A DNA stretch of 46,553 nt from Thermoflexales bacterium (GCA_030834825.1 JAUQXC010000940.1:1-46553); one strand, 5' to 3'. Shown: positions 8,423-16,914, numbered from the stretch's first letter. The notes: generated by a model from the letters alone, not told the origin. Translations and numbers: made by a program.

Positions 8423-8632
8423 GATTCTCCTTGCTTCTTTAGTAGAGCCATTCTGCAAGGCGTCTACGCAGTTTCGTTTCAGATTCAACTGGATTCAGCG
8501 CTGGGGTTTGACGAACTTCCTGACCGGAAAGTATAGCACACGAGGATTGACGAACCAAACGCGGCGGCTGCCTGGATGCCGAGACAGCCGGGGGGGGGAG
8601 GGTTCACTCGCCGGCCAGCGTTAAATTCGTGC

Positions 8633-8752
8633 GGCTCTTCCGGGTTTAACGGGAAGAGCTCGCGGCGGATTGTCAAATCCGTCGCCAAAGCCGCTGGATT
8701 TGGCAATCCAGCGGGAGCAATCAACAATAACCCCGCGCAAGTCGGAAGAGCC
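8633..8752. mobile_element. MITE copy A (120 bp), with terminal inverted repeats GGCTCTTCCGG / TCGGAAGAGCC and 8-bp direct repeat ATTCGTGC on both flanks
   Basis: Left flank ATTCGTGC at 8625-8632 and right flank ATTCGTGC at 8753-8760. The TIRs match 10 of 11 positions. The interior is hairpin-rich (8691-8714 and 8664-8687). A second copy lies at 20530-20640. Confidence 0.75.
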
Positions 8753-8818
8753 ATTCGTGCGGATGCCATGCCGGGGTGCACTATTTGCGCGGCGTTTGAA
8801 CTGCGCCAACAATCAGCT

Positions 8819-8840
8819 GGAGTGGACCGCGATCCACTCC
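8819..8840 (-). terminator. Hairpin just downstream of the last gene of the hydrogenase-like operon
   Basis: GGAGTGGA-(6-nt loop)-TCCACTCC is an 8-bp perfect stem 25 nt after the stop at 8865. There is no strong U-run. Confidence 0.35.
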
Positions 8841-8864
8841 GGCTGTGGAATACAACCTGCTTGC

Positions 8865-9302
8865 TCAAGCCGTAACGGGATCGGGTTTGGGCATTTTTGA
8901 CTCAGCCAACTTCTTACGGTGGGTCTGGACATCTTCAGCCTTCCCGTAGTACATGTTGAACGGTTGTTTGCTTAGCGCCGCCAGTTCCCAATGTTCGTGC
9001 GACAAGCTCAGGCAGTCGAAGCGGCAGTTCTGCACGCATTGTGCACAGTAGGTGCAGCGATCGGCGTGATACTCCATGACGAAGCGCTTGGCCTTTCTGT
9101 CGATCGTAATCACCTCGATCGCGTTCGATGGACAGTCCTTACTGCACAGGTTGCAGCCCGTGCACTTTTCCGGATTCCACGCCAACTGGCCGCGTAGTCG
9201 ATCGGGGGTGGAACGCCGCTCGTACGGGTAGTTCTCGGTAATCGGCCGTTTGAACAGCGACTTCAAAATATCACTCAACATGGTTGCCACTTGGAAATTC
9301 AT
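8865..9302 (-). CDS. NuoI/HycF/MbhN-like 2x[4Fe-4S] ferredoxin subunit
   Basis: CTGCNLCSKDCP and CTYCAQCVQNC. The ATG at 9302 overlaps the upstream stop (ATGA), which suggests translational coupling. Confidence 0.85.
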   Translation of the reverse strand: MNFQVATMLSDILKSLFKRPITENYPYERRSTPDRLRGQLAWNPEKCTGCNLCSKDCPSNAIEVITIDRKAKRFVMEYHADRCTYCAQCVQNCRFDCLSLSHEHWELAALSKQPFNMYYGKAEDVQTHRKKLAESKMPKPDPVTA

Positions 9303-10222
9303 AAGGTCTTGCCTCCTAATAATGCGATGATTAACCACTGCACCAGCAACAACAGCGCGGCAAAGCGCCACCACTTGGCGGTTTGCTCGATGCGGAAGCG
9401 GGCAAACAGGGATTGCAGCCCGGCCAGCACCAGCAAGATCGCCAGCGTCTTGACGAAGAACTCGATCGGGTTGCCGATGCCGCCTAGATAGAAGGCCGCA
9501 ATCAGCGTCAAGCCCACCACCAGCTCGACCGCCTTGGCTAATTGGAACAACGCTAACCCGCGGCCGCCGTATTCCGTCAACGCGCCCTTGACGATTTCGG
9601 TTTCGGCTTCTGGCGCATCAAAAGGCGGCAGTTCCAGCTTGCCCATCAAGCCGACGAGGGCCACCACACAGCCGATCGGTTGGGTGAGAATAAGCCAGTG
9701 TTGACCGGTGAAGGCGTTGATCGTGCTGATCTGCCAGCTCCCCGCGACCAGCGCGGGTCCCAACAGTGCCAGCATGAACGGCGCTTCATAGGAAAAGAGC
9801 TGTGTCAGCGTGCGCACTGCCCCAATGAGCGAGAAGCGATTGGCGGTGTTGGCGCCGGCCAGCGCCAGGCTCATCGTTACTACGCTCAGCAGATACACTG
9901 TGACGATCAGATCGCCCTGAAAACTCCACGCGGGCTGCAATCCGACCAGCGGCACATACACAGCCGCGGTCAATGCGCAGGCCAGAGCCAGCAGCGGCAG
10001 ACCGTTGAAGAGCCAGGCCTCAATACCCGTCGGGACGATCTCTTCTTTACTGAGCAGCTTCACCACGTCGGCCAGTGGCTGGAACCAGCGCGGCCCGATG
10101 CGGTTCTGATACTGCGCCACCAGTTTGCGATCCACCCACAGATAAGCCAGCCCGTTGCCCATGACGAACAGTCCGGCGGGGAAGAATAACAGGGTGATGA
10201 TTGGTTGAATGATCTCCATCAT
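9299..10222 (-). CDS. NuoH/HycD/MbhM-like membrane subunit
   Basis: LWVDRKLVAQYQNRIGPRWFQPLADVVKLLSKEEIVP matches the NuoH signature (R.GP...G..QP.AD..K...KE). The protein has multiple TM segments. Start taken at MMEIIQ (10222). Confidence 0.85.
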   Translation of the reverse strand: MMEIIQPIITLLFFPAGLFVMGNGLAYLWVDRKLVAQYQNRIGPRWFQPLADVVKLLSKEEIVPTGIEAWLFNGLPLLALACALTAAVYVPLVGLQPAWSFQGDLIVTVYLLSVVTMSLALAGANTANRFSLIGAVRTLTQLFSYEAPFMLALLGPALVAGSWQISTINAFTGQHWLILTQPIGCVVALVGLMGKLELPPFDAPEAETEIVKGALTEYGGRGLALFQLAKAVELVVGLTLIAAFYLGGIGNPIEFFVKTLAILLVLAGLQSLFARFRIEQTAKWWRFAALLLLVQWLIIALLGGKTL

Positions 10223-10304
10223 AAAGCCTCGGAAATTTCTTGAATAGCCAGTGCTGCGTGCTGAGCAACACCACCTGAATCGCACTTCACTTCGTCACTT
10301 ATCA

Positions 10305-11396
10305 TTACCGGTCATTGCACGAAAAACAGGGATCAATGCCCGCCAGAATCATCGGCATGTCGGCCAGCTGATGGCCCGGCGCGGTGGCGATGATGGACAT
10401 GAAGTTGCACAGGCTGGGCGTGCGCACCTTGACGCGCTCCGGCTTTTCGCCGCCGTTGCTCTTAATGAAGTAAAAAGCTTCACCGCGCGGCGCCTCGATG
10501 CGGCTGATCGCCTCGCCTTCTTTGACCTTGCGCGGCATGCGCACCGTCAAGTCGCCGGGCGGCAGATTGTCCACCATCTCGCGGATCAGGCGGTAACTTT
10601 CAAGCAACTCCTTCAAGCGCACCACAAAGCGCGCTTCCAGATCGCCGGCCGTTTCAACCACCACGTTGACTGGGAACAGATTGTAGGCTGCGTAGGGTGC
10701 GTCCACGCGGACGTCGCGCGCAATCCCCGAGGCGCGCGCCATGGGACCGATGACACCCACGTGCTCGGCTTGTGCGGTCGTGAGTGTGCCCACCCCGCGC
10801 GTCCGGCGGATGAAGGTGCTATCGGTGGTGACGACTTTGTAATAGTGGTGGGTGCGTTCTTCCAAGTAATCGACGCCACGCTGGATGGCAGCGCGTTGTT
10901 TCTCGTCCACATCGAATTTCACGCCGCCAAGTACGTTAGCCGAATAATTCACCCGGTTACCGGTCAATCCTTCCAGTACGTCCATGATCGTTTCGCGGTC
11001 GCGCCAACTGTACATGAACAACGTATCAAAGCCGCCTTCATGTGCGGCCACGCCCAGCCACAAGAAATGGCTGTGCACGCGTTCCAGCTCGGCGACCAGC
11101 GATCGAATCACCTGTGCACGGGGTGGCGCGGTCACTTCGGCCAGGGCTTCCACCCCCAGCGAATAACAGAGTGCATGCGTGTGCGAGCAGATGCCGCAGA
11201 TGCGCTCAAGCAGATACAGATTCTGGGCCCAGTTGCGATCTTCGGTCGCTTTCTCGATGCCGCGATGCACGTAGCCCAGGCGCACATTGACCGAAGTCAC
11301 GGTCTCGCCGTCGACGGCAAATTCAAAATGGCCCGGCTCTTTCAGGGCAGGGTGTTGCGGGCCGATCGGAACGATGAACTTTTCAAGAGCTAGCAT
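10305..11396 (-). CDS. Group 4 [NiFe]-hydrogenase large subunit (NuoD/EchE/MbhL-like) with intact Ni-Fe ligand motifs
   Basis: N-terminal RICGICSHTH (Cys67, Cys70) and C-terminal DPCFSCNDR (Cys357, Cys360, the last residues). Length of 363 aa is typical of EchE/MbhL. Confidence 0.85.
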   Translation of the reverse strand: MLALEKFIVPIGPQHPALKEPGHFEFAVDGETVTSVNVRLGYVHRGIEKATEDRNWAQNLYLLERICGICSHTHALCYSLGVEALAEVTAPPRAQVIRSLVAELERVHSHFLWLGVAAHEGGFDTLFMYSWRDRETIMDVLEGLTGNRVNYSANVLGGVKFDVDEKQRAAIQRGVDYLEERTHHYYKVVTTDSTFIRRTRGVGTLTTAQAEHVGVIGPMARASGIARDVRVDAPYAAYNLFPVNVVVETAGDLEARFVVRLKELLESYRLIREMVDNLPPGDLTVRMPRKVKEGEAISRIEAPRGEAFYFIKSNGGEKPERVKVRTPSLCNFMSIIATAPGHQLADMPMILAGIDPCFSCNDR

Positions 11397-11461
11397 AGGT
11401 TACCTTCTATAGGTGTGCTGAGTAAAGAGTCATGCGTAATCCTGGTTTAACCGCTTCCTGT

Positions 11462-12346
11462 CTACTGCAGTTGTGGCATTACAAAATCCTTGCGCAATGG
11501 CGGCGCATCCGTGGGCCACTCGTCAGGCAGGAACAAGCGATCGGGATTCGGCGTGTTCATGACTTCGATGCCGAACATCTCGCCCAACTCGCGCTCGAAG
11601 AACGTCGCTGCCGGAATGACGCCGCACACGCTGGGAATCGCCGCACTATCGCGCGGAATGCGCACGCGCAGGTTTACGTTGGCTGTGCCATTGACGAAGT
11701 GGTAGAGCACCTCAAACTCGTTTGCCTTCAAATCGTCAAGCCCCGTGATCGCGGTCAAGAATCCCCAGCGGGCTTCGTGCAGCGACTTGACCGCAGGCAG
11801 CAAGCGCCCGGCGTCCAAGTAGGCATCGGCGCGGTGCGCCGCCGACTCGACGATCTTCAGCGCGCGCGGTTCCAACAGACCCATCGCTTGATGCAGCGCA
11901 CGGTGCGCCTGCCCCAGTAGATGATTCCGCACGATTTCCCAATCGACTTCGCACTCTTTCAAGATGATGCTCTTACAGCCCAGCTCGAGGTGTAGGTTAT
12001 TGTCTTTCCAGTGCGTGCCCAGACCGGCTTCAAACTGGAACTCCTGACGCAGCCCTGGGGCCAACGCCAGTCGATCGGCCAGGGTCAGCCCGCTGTAAAC
12101 CGGTCCCTGCGGAAAATTCATGGCGTTAAGCCATTCTTCCGTGGCGGCCTGCGCAGTCTCGGGGCGTGCGGTGAGATAGACCAGTTTGTAGCGCTGCGCT
12201 AATTCCTTCAAGCAGCGCACGCTATCCGGCGTCGGCGCATCTTTCAGCAGGACTTCGCGCTTGAAAAAGTCCGGCGCGCCACTCAAGTGCTGTCGCTGGC
12301 GGTAATCGCAAATGATGCCATCGATGAAAACGAGAACTGCTCTCAT
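11462..12346 (-). CDS. Fusion protein with an N-terminal HAD-like (apparently nucleophile-less) domain and a NuoC/EchD/MbhK-like domain
   Basis: The C-terminal ~140 aa (FLTAITGLDD...EVLYHF...NLRVRIP...IPSVCGVIPAATFFERELGEMFGIEV) is NuoC-like. The N-terminal ~140 aa (VLVFIDGIICD, KLVYLTARPE..TEEWL, THWKDN) looks like a HAD phosphatase fold. It is a single ORF, with GAGGAG 6 nt before the ATG at 12346. Confidence 0.7.
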   Translation of the reverse strand: MRAVLVFIDGIICDYRQRQHLSGAPDFFKREVLLKDAPTPDSVRCLKELAQRYKLVYLTARPETAQAATEEWLNAMNFPQGPVYSGLTLADRLALAPGLRQEFQFEAGLGTHWKDNNLHLELGCKSIILKECEVDWEIVRNHLLGQAHRALHQAMGLLEPRALKIVESAAHRADAYLDAGRLLPAVKSLHEARWGFLTAITGLDDLKANEFEVLYHFVNGTANVNLRVRIPRDSAAIPSVCGVIPAATFFERELGEMFGIEVMNTPNPDRLFLPDEWPTDAPPLRKDFVMPQLQ

Positions 12347-12425
12347 GTGTGCTCCTCTGGAGATGGAGGTTGGAAAAACAGCGCGCCGCCTTGGGCGCCG
12401 ACCACCACTCTCCCACTTCCAATTT

Positions 12426-12905
12426 CTAACTGACCATTACTTCTGGCTGGGGTTGCAAGCTCTGCAACAGCTTCACCATACCGTCGATGATGGCTTCCGG
12501 CCGGGGCGGGCAGCCGGGAATATACGCATTGACCGGAATCACTTCATCGATGTGGCCGACGACGTTGTAGCAGACCTGGAACGCGCCGCCCGAGATCGCG
12601 CAAGCGCCAACGGCCACCACGAACTTCGGTTCCGGCATCTGCTCGTAGATGCGTTTCAACCGATCGCGCGATTGTAGCGTCACCGGCCCGGTGCAGATCA
12701 ACACATCCGCATGGCGCGGGCTGCCTTGCAGCTTCACGCCAAAGCGCTCCAGATCGTAGCGCGGTGTCAGCGTTGCCAGAATCTCGATGTCGCAGCCGTT
12801 GCACGATCCGCTGTTGTAGTGGATGGCCCATGGCGAATTGATGCGCGCCCAGGTGCGCAGCGCGTCGAGGGTGTGTTCCCAGGTTTCAGTCAAATTGAGT
12901 GACAT
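12426..12905 (-). CDS. NuoB/EchC/MbhJ-like hydrogenase small subunit (single [4Fe-4S])
   Basis: CNGCDIE, GACAISGG and IPGCPPRPEAI together supply four Cys ligands. The ATG at 12905 is preceded by GGAGGAATATCAC. Confidence 0.85.
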   Translation of the reverse strand: MSLNLTETWEHTLDALRTWARINSPWAIHYNSGSCNGCDIEILATLTPRYDLERFGVKLQGSPRHADVLICTGPVTLQSRDRLKRIYEQMPEPKFVVAVGACAISGGAFQVCYNVVGHIDEVIPVNAYIPGCPPRPEAIIDGMVKLLQSLQPQPEVMVS

Positions 12906-12962
12906 GTGATATTCCTCCAAGACCCAGAGGTGATGAGCCATTCACTCATCACGCGTCAGGCT

Positions 12963-13274
12963 TTAGCCAATGATCAACACGACCAGGGCCAGCATCAACC
13001 CGATCAAATACACGATCGAAATGGGCGAGTTGCCGCCGCTGCCCAGGATCAACACGCCCAGGTGCAACATGGCGAAGAACAGGGCGATGACGAAGAAGCC
13101 GCGATAACCCGGCAGCGAGCGAGTGAGCGGTGAAGCCTCGCCGCTGGCATAGATGCTGGACTTCTCTTTTGAAGGATTGCTCCTGCCTGCCAGCAGTCGT
13201 CCCACGCCAAATAAGCTCGCGGCCAACACCAAATACAGAATGAAGGCCACGGGTGGAGTAAGTATGATTTGCAT
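12963..13274 (-). CDS. NuoA-like small membrane subunit
   Basis: A 103-aa product from the ATG at 13274 with three predicted TM segments. IYASGE ... FFVIALFFAMLHLGVL parallels NuoA Y(E/A)xG ... FYLVAxxFxxFDVE. Confidence 0.55.
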   Translation of the reverse strand: MQIILTPPVAFILYLVLAASLFGVGRLLAGRSNPSKEKSSIYASGEASPLTRSLPGYRGFFVIALFFAMLHLGVLILGSGGNSPISIVYLIGLMLALVVLIIG

Positions 13275-13285
13275 GTTGAAATCCT

Positions 13286-14794
13286 TTATCCGCCAAAGGC
13301 TTTGACTAGCGCCGTACCGGCTGGCCCTGTCAGCCAGGCCAACAAACTCGGCCAGAGGCCCAGGATCACGATCGCGACAGCCAGTAGAATCAAGGGCAGG
13401 CTCATCGTCCACGACAGCGCCTGCCCGCGCGTCACCGCTTCACTTGGCTCTTGCCGATAGACGGCGTTCACGATCGGCGCGTAATAAGCCAATGACAGCA
13501 CGCTGTTCAACGCGGCGAAAATCACCAGCAGATCGATCACGATGTTCTGCGTCTCGAAGCCGGCCACGAAGATTTGCCACTTGGACATGAACCCGGCAAA
13601 CGGTGGCAGCCCACCCAGCCCTAAGGCAGCGATGCTCAACGTCAAGGCCACGATCGGGTATTTGCGTGCCGCACCACCCAGATCGCTGATCGTCAGCGGC
13701 GAGTGATGATCGCCGGTCTTGATGAACAGCACGTATAACAACGCGCCCGCTGCCAGGAAGGCGAGTCCCTTCATCAAACCATGATTAATCAAGTGGAAGA
13801 AACTACCAGCGGCCGCTGCGCTCTGGCCCACATAAACGGCGATGCCCAGCCCCAGCAGCATATAACCCATATGGCTCAAACTGGAGAACGCCAGCATGCG
13901 CTTCACATGCTTTTGGCGCAGCGCCAGCAAATTTCCCGCCAGCATATTCAACGCGCCGAAGCCCATCAGCAGCACACCCCACGACAACGTCACACCGGCC
14001 AACGAAGCGACCGCGCGCAACAAGGCGATCAACCCTGCTTCGATCACCACGCCCGACAGCATGGCGCTGATCCCACTGGGCGCCTGGGAGTGCGCGTCGG
14101 GCAGCCACGTGTGCATCGGCACCAGCGCGGCCTTCACGCCAAACCCAATGACGAACAAGGCGCCCGCCGCAAGTAGCGGCAAACCGGGGGTTGCCGGCTG
14201 TCCCGCCACGGCGCGAATCTCGGCCAGATTCATCGTCCCCGTCAGCGCCAGCACCAGTGCCATCCCCAACAGCACCAACACCGATCCGACCGCGCTCTGC
14301 ACCAGATACTTCAAGCCGGCCTCCAGTGACGCCGGTTGATCGCGATAGAACGCGACGAGCAGATACGATGAGATCGCCATTGCTTCGAACCACACCCACA
14401 GATTGAATAGATCCGTCGCGCAACCCAAACCGGTGATCACACCGATCAGTGCCACCAGCATGGGATAGTATTTGTCTTCGTTCTCTTCATGCGCAACATA
14501 TCGATTGGAGTACACCACCACCAGCGTGCCCAGGCTCAACGCAATGGCCGCCAGCACCAGGCTGATCCCGTCCATGCGCAGCGTCATCCCTTCGACAACC
14601 AGGCTGATCGATCCGGTGCCTACTTGTTGTGCGGCAATCACGAACGGGATCCACGTCAACCCGATCACGCCAAGTGCGGCCCAGCGCCCAAGGTTGAACA
14701 AGCGGCCCGCGAAATAGACTAGTGGGGCAGCCACCAGGGGTAGTCCGATCAACCACAACAGTACATTGTCCAGTGCGAATTGTTCCGTGCTCAT
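13286..14794 (-). CDS. NuoM/NuoN/MrpD-like antiporter-type membrane subunit
   Basis: Polytopic protein with WLPDAHSQAPSGISAMLSGV and SSLSHMGYMLLG motifs of the proton-conducting transporter family. Start at MSTEQF (14794), 2 nt after the upstream stop. Confidence 0.8.
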   Translation of the reverse strand: MSTEQFALDNVLLWLIGLPLVAAPLVYFAGRLFNLGRWAALGVIGLTWIPFVIAAQQVGTGSISLVVEGMTLRMDGISLVLAAIALSLGTLVVVYSNRYVAHEENEDKYYPMLVALIGVITGLGCATDLFNLWVWFEAMAISSYLLVAFYRDQPASLEAGLKYLVQSAVGSVLVLLGMALVLALTGTMNLAEIRAVAGQPATPGLPLLAAGALFVIGFGVKAALVPMHTWLPDAHSQAPSGISAMLSGVVIEAGLIALLRAVASLAGVTLSWGVLLMGFGALNMLAGNLLALRQKHVKRMLAFSSLSHMGYMLLGLGIAVYVGQSAAAAGSFFHLINHGLMKGLAFLAAGALLYVLFIKTGDHHSPLTISDLGGAARKYPIVALTLSIAALGLGGLPPFAGFMSKWQIFVAGFETQNIVIDLLVIFAALNSVLSLAYYAPIVNAVYRQEPSEAVTRGQALSWTMSLPLILLAVAIVILGLWPSLLAWLTGPAGTALVKAFGG

Positions 14795-14796
14795 GG

Positions 14797-16545
14797 CTAC
14801 TTCCCCCAGGCCAGTAGGATTAGCACCACGATCAAGCCGATCGCGATCCCGGCTACGTTCCAACTGAGCAGCCCCGTCTGTGTCACCCGCAGCGCTTCTG
14901 CGGTGCTTTGCGTTACGCGGATCACGCCGCGATTGATCGCCTCGAAGCCGAAGCTGTTCGTCGCCATCCGCGCAAGACCCTGCAGCATCCTGGTGAGGCC
15001 TGTCAATCGCTGGCGTTGCCACCACAACAGCCCACCAGCGACAATCACGGCCAGAGCGGCGAGCGTCGCGGGCTGGGTAATGACTTCCTGGATCATTCCC
15101 CCAGTGCGGAGCTCGTGAAACTCATGGAAGGGCAGCGTGCTCTTCAGTAGCTCACTCAACGGTCCGGCTAACAACCACGTCGTCACGGAGCCGAGGGCCA
15201 ACAACCCCAGCGAAACTTTCATCGCCGGCTGTGCATCGTGCGCGTGGAGGTGACTGCGCGGCTTACCGAAGAACACCAGATAAACCATGCGCAGGGTGTA
15301 CAGCGCTGTCAGGCCTGCGCAGAAAAACGCCACACCGTAAGCCCACAGCGAACCTTCATGCAGGCCGGCTTCCAAAATCAATTCCTTACTCCAGAAGCCA
15401 TTGAAGATGGGAATACCGGCCAGGGCCAGCGCCCCGATCACGAACACCGTGCGCGTGAAAGGCATCCGCGAGCCGAGTCCACCCATCTGGCGCATATCGC
15501 GTGTGCCCACGCCATGAATCACGGCGCCGGCGGCCAGGAAGAGCAATGCCTTGAAGACAGCGTGACTTAGCAGGTGGAACTGACTGGCATACACCCCACC
15601 CGCGCCGATGGCATACACCATGTACCCTAATTGGCTTACGGTCGAATAAGCCAGCGCACGCTTGAGGTCGGTCGCCACCAATGCCATCAGTCCCGCCAGC
15701 AACGCAGAGAGTAACCCCACGATCATCACGGCGGTTGTCCAGCCGGCCACTCCCTCAAATGCGGGGAAGAAACGCGCCAACAGATACACGCCAGCGTTGA
15801 CCATCGTCGCCGCGTGGATCAAAGCGCTGACTGGCGTGGGTGCCTCCATTGCATCGGGCAACCATGTCTGGAACGGAAACTGTGCCGATTTGGCCGCCGC
15901 CGCAATGAGGAATCCAAACGCGACCAGCGCCAGGACCTCTTTCGGCAGTGTTTCGGCCCTTTCGAGAAAAGCGGCGATCTGATAGCTGCCCGTCTGGGCA
16001 TAGATGATCAAGGCCCCGCTGAGCAACCCCACCCCACCGAGCGAGGTGATAATCAGGGCCTTGATCCCCCCCGCCACTGCCTTGGGATCATCGTTATTGA
16101 AGGCAATCAGCGCGAACGAGCAGAAGGCCGTGACTTCCCAGAACACAAACAGAAACAACAGGCTGCCGGTCAACGCCAAACCCGCCATTGCGCCGATGAA
16201 CAACAACACCAGCTCATAATAGCGCCCCAGCTGTTTATCGCCGTGCATATAATTTACCGAGAAGATAACGGCCAGTGAGCCGACCACGGTCGCGATGATT
16301 GCGAGGAACACGCTCAGGCCGTCGGGCGTGAAAGTGAGATCACCGAAAAGGCCGCCCAAGGGGATCACAATCGCCGGAGTGGCAGAGGCATATGGCAGCA
16401 GCAACAACGCAGCGCTACCGGTGGCTACAGCAAACACGACAGCCAGTGTGTGTTGTGCCCGCGGGTGTTTGTTTGTCGTCAACCACACGGCCAGTCCACC
16501 CAGCCAGGGCAAACCCATTGTGAGGAGAATCAATGCTTGAATCAT
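14797..16545 (-). CDS. NuoL/MrpA/MbhH-like antiporter-type membrane subunit with C-terminal lateral-helix-like extension
   Basis: WLPDAMEAPTPVSALIHAATMV and STVSQLGYM motifs. The C-terminal SFGFEAINRGV...QTGLLSWNVAGIAIGLIVVLILLA resembles the NuoL HL helix plus its final TM segment. Confidence 0.8.
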   Translation of the reverse strand: MIQALILLTMGLPWLGGLAVWLTTNKHPRAQHTLAVVFAVATGSAALLLLPYASATPAIVIPLGGLFGDLTFTPDGLSVFLAIIATVVGSLAVIFSVNYMHGDKQLGRYYELVLLFIGAMAGLALTGSLLFLFVFWEVTAFCSFALIAFNNDDPKAVAGGIKALIITSLGGVGLLSGALIIYAQTGSYQIAAFLERAETLPKEVLALVAFGFLIAAAAKSAQFPFQTWLPDAMEAPTPVSALIHAATMVNAGVYLLARFFPAFEGVAGWTTAVMIVGLLSALLAGLMALVATDLKRALAYSTVSQLGYMVYAIGAGGVYASQFHLLSHAVFKALLFLAAGAVIHGVGTRDMRQMGGLGSRMPFTRTVFVIGALALAGIPIFNGFWSKELILEAGLHEGSLWAYGVAFFCAGLTALYTLRMVYLVFFGKPRSHLHAHDAQPAMKVSLGLLALGSVTTWLLAGPLSELLKSTLPFHEFHELRTGGMIQEVITQPATLAALAVIVAGGLLWWQRQRLTGLTRMLQGLARMATNSFGFEAINRGVIRVTQSTAEALRVTQTGLLSWNVAGIAIGLIVVLILLAWGK

Positions 16546-16561
16546 GTGAGCCTCGTGAGGC

Positions 16562-16598
16562 GTAAAACGTAATAAGCCGCTTACGCATTACGTTTTAC
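16562..16598. repeat. Perfect 12-bp inverted repeat (GTAAAACGTAAT ... ATTACGTTTTAC) in the spacer between the nuoK-like and nuoL-like genes
   Basis: Read directly from the sequence. It has a 13-nt loop and lies within the 63-nt intra-operon gap. Confidence 0.7.
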
Positions 16599-16608
16599 AC
16601 AGTACGTA

Positions 16609-16914
16609 TCACTTCTTCAACGTCGACAAATCCTTGATATCGAGCGTTCCCATGCGCCGCTTCACCTGAAGCGCCAGCGCCAATCCAATAACGGCGACGA
16701 CGGTATCGACCACGATCACCATCACGGCCAGGCTCTGTCCCAGATTGAGCTTGCCACTGGCCAGGCCGGCCGCCACCAATGCCAGCAGCGCGCCTTTCAC
16801 CAGCACTTGCAACGCTACGATGACCTTAATCAGATTGCGAGCGATCAACAGGCCATACAACCCAATCCCGATCAATCCCAACACCCCTATCACGGCGATT
16901 TGAAGTGTAGTCAT
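16609..16914 (-). CDS. NuoK/MnhC-like small membrane subunit
   Basis: 101 aa with three TM segments. ARNLIKVIVALQVLVKGALLALVAAG and VIGLALALQVKRR parallel NuoK. The ATG overlaps the upstream stop (ATGA). Confidence 0.75.
   Translation of the reverse strand: MTTLQIAVIGVLGLIGIGLYGLLIARNLIKVIVALQVLVKGALLALVAAGLASGKLNLGQSLAVMVIVVDTVVAVIGLALALQVKRRMGTLDIKDLSTLKK

Noticed and set aside
8423-8864. Possible lysine or other riboswitch in the long region upstream of the saccharopine-dehydrogenase-family gene, and the 127-aa ORF at 8485-8868
   Set aside because: I read the minus strand for L-box hallmarks (AGAGGxGC, GUCGCCGAAG-type core) and found none. Most of the structured sequence is explained by a MITE with target-site duplications. 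The ORF reads through that MITE and has non-protein-like composition.
10251-11393. 380-aa plus-strand ORF covering the hydrogenase large-subunit gene
   Set aside because: It is an antisense shadow ORF. The minus-strand frame carries the diagnostic Ni-Fe motifs.
13286-15025. 77-residue Arg/Asp-rich N-terminal extension of the NuoM/N-like ORF
   Set aside because: It would overlap the 3' end of the NuoL-like gene by 230 nt. The ATG at 14794 (MSTEQF...) sits 2 nt after the upstream stop and starts directly at the first TM helix.
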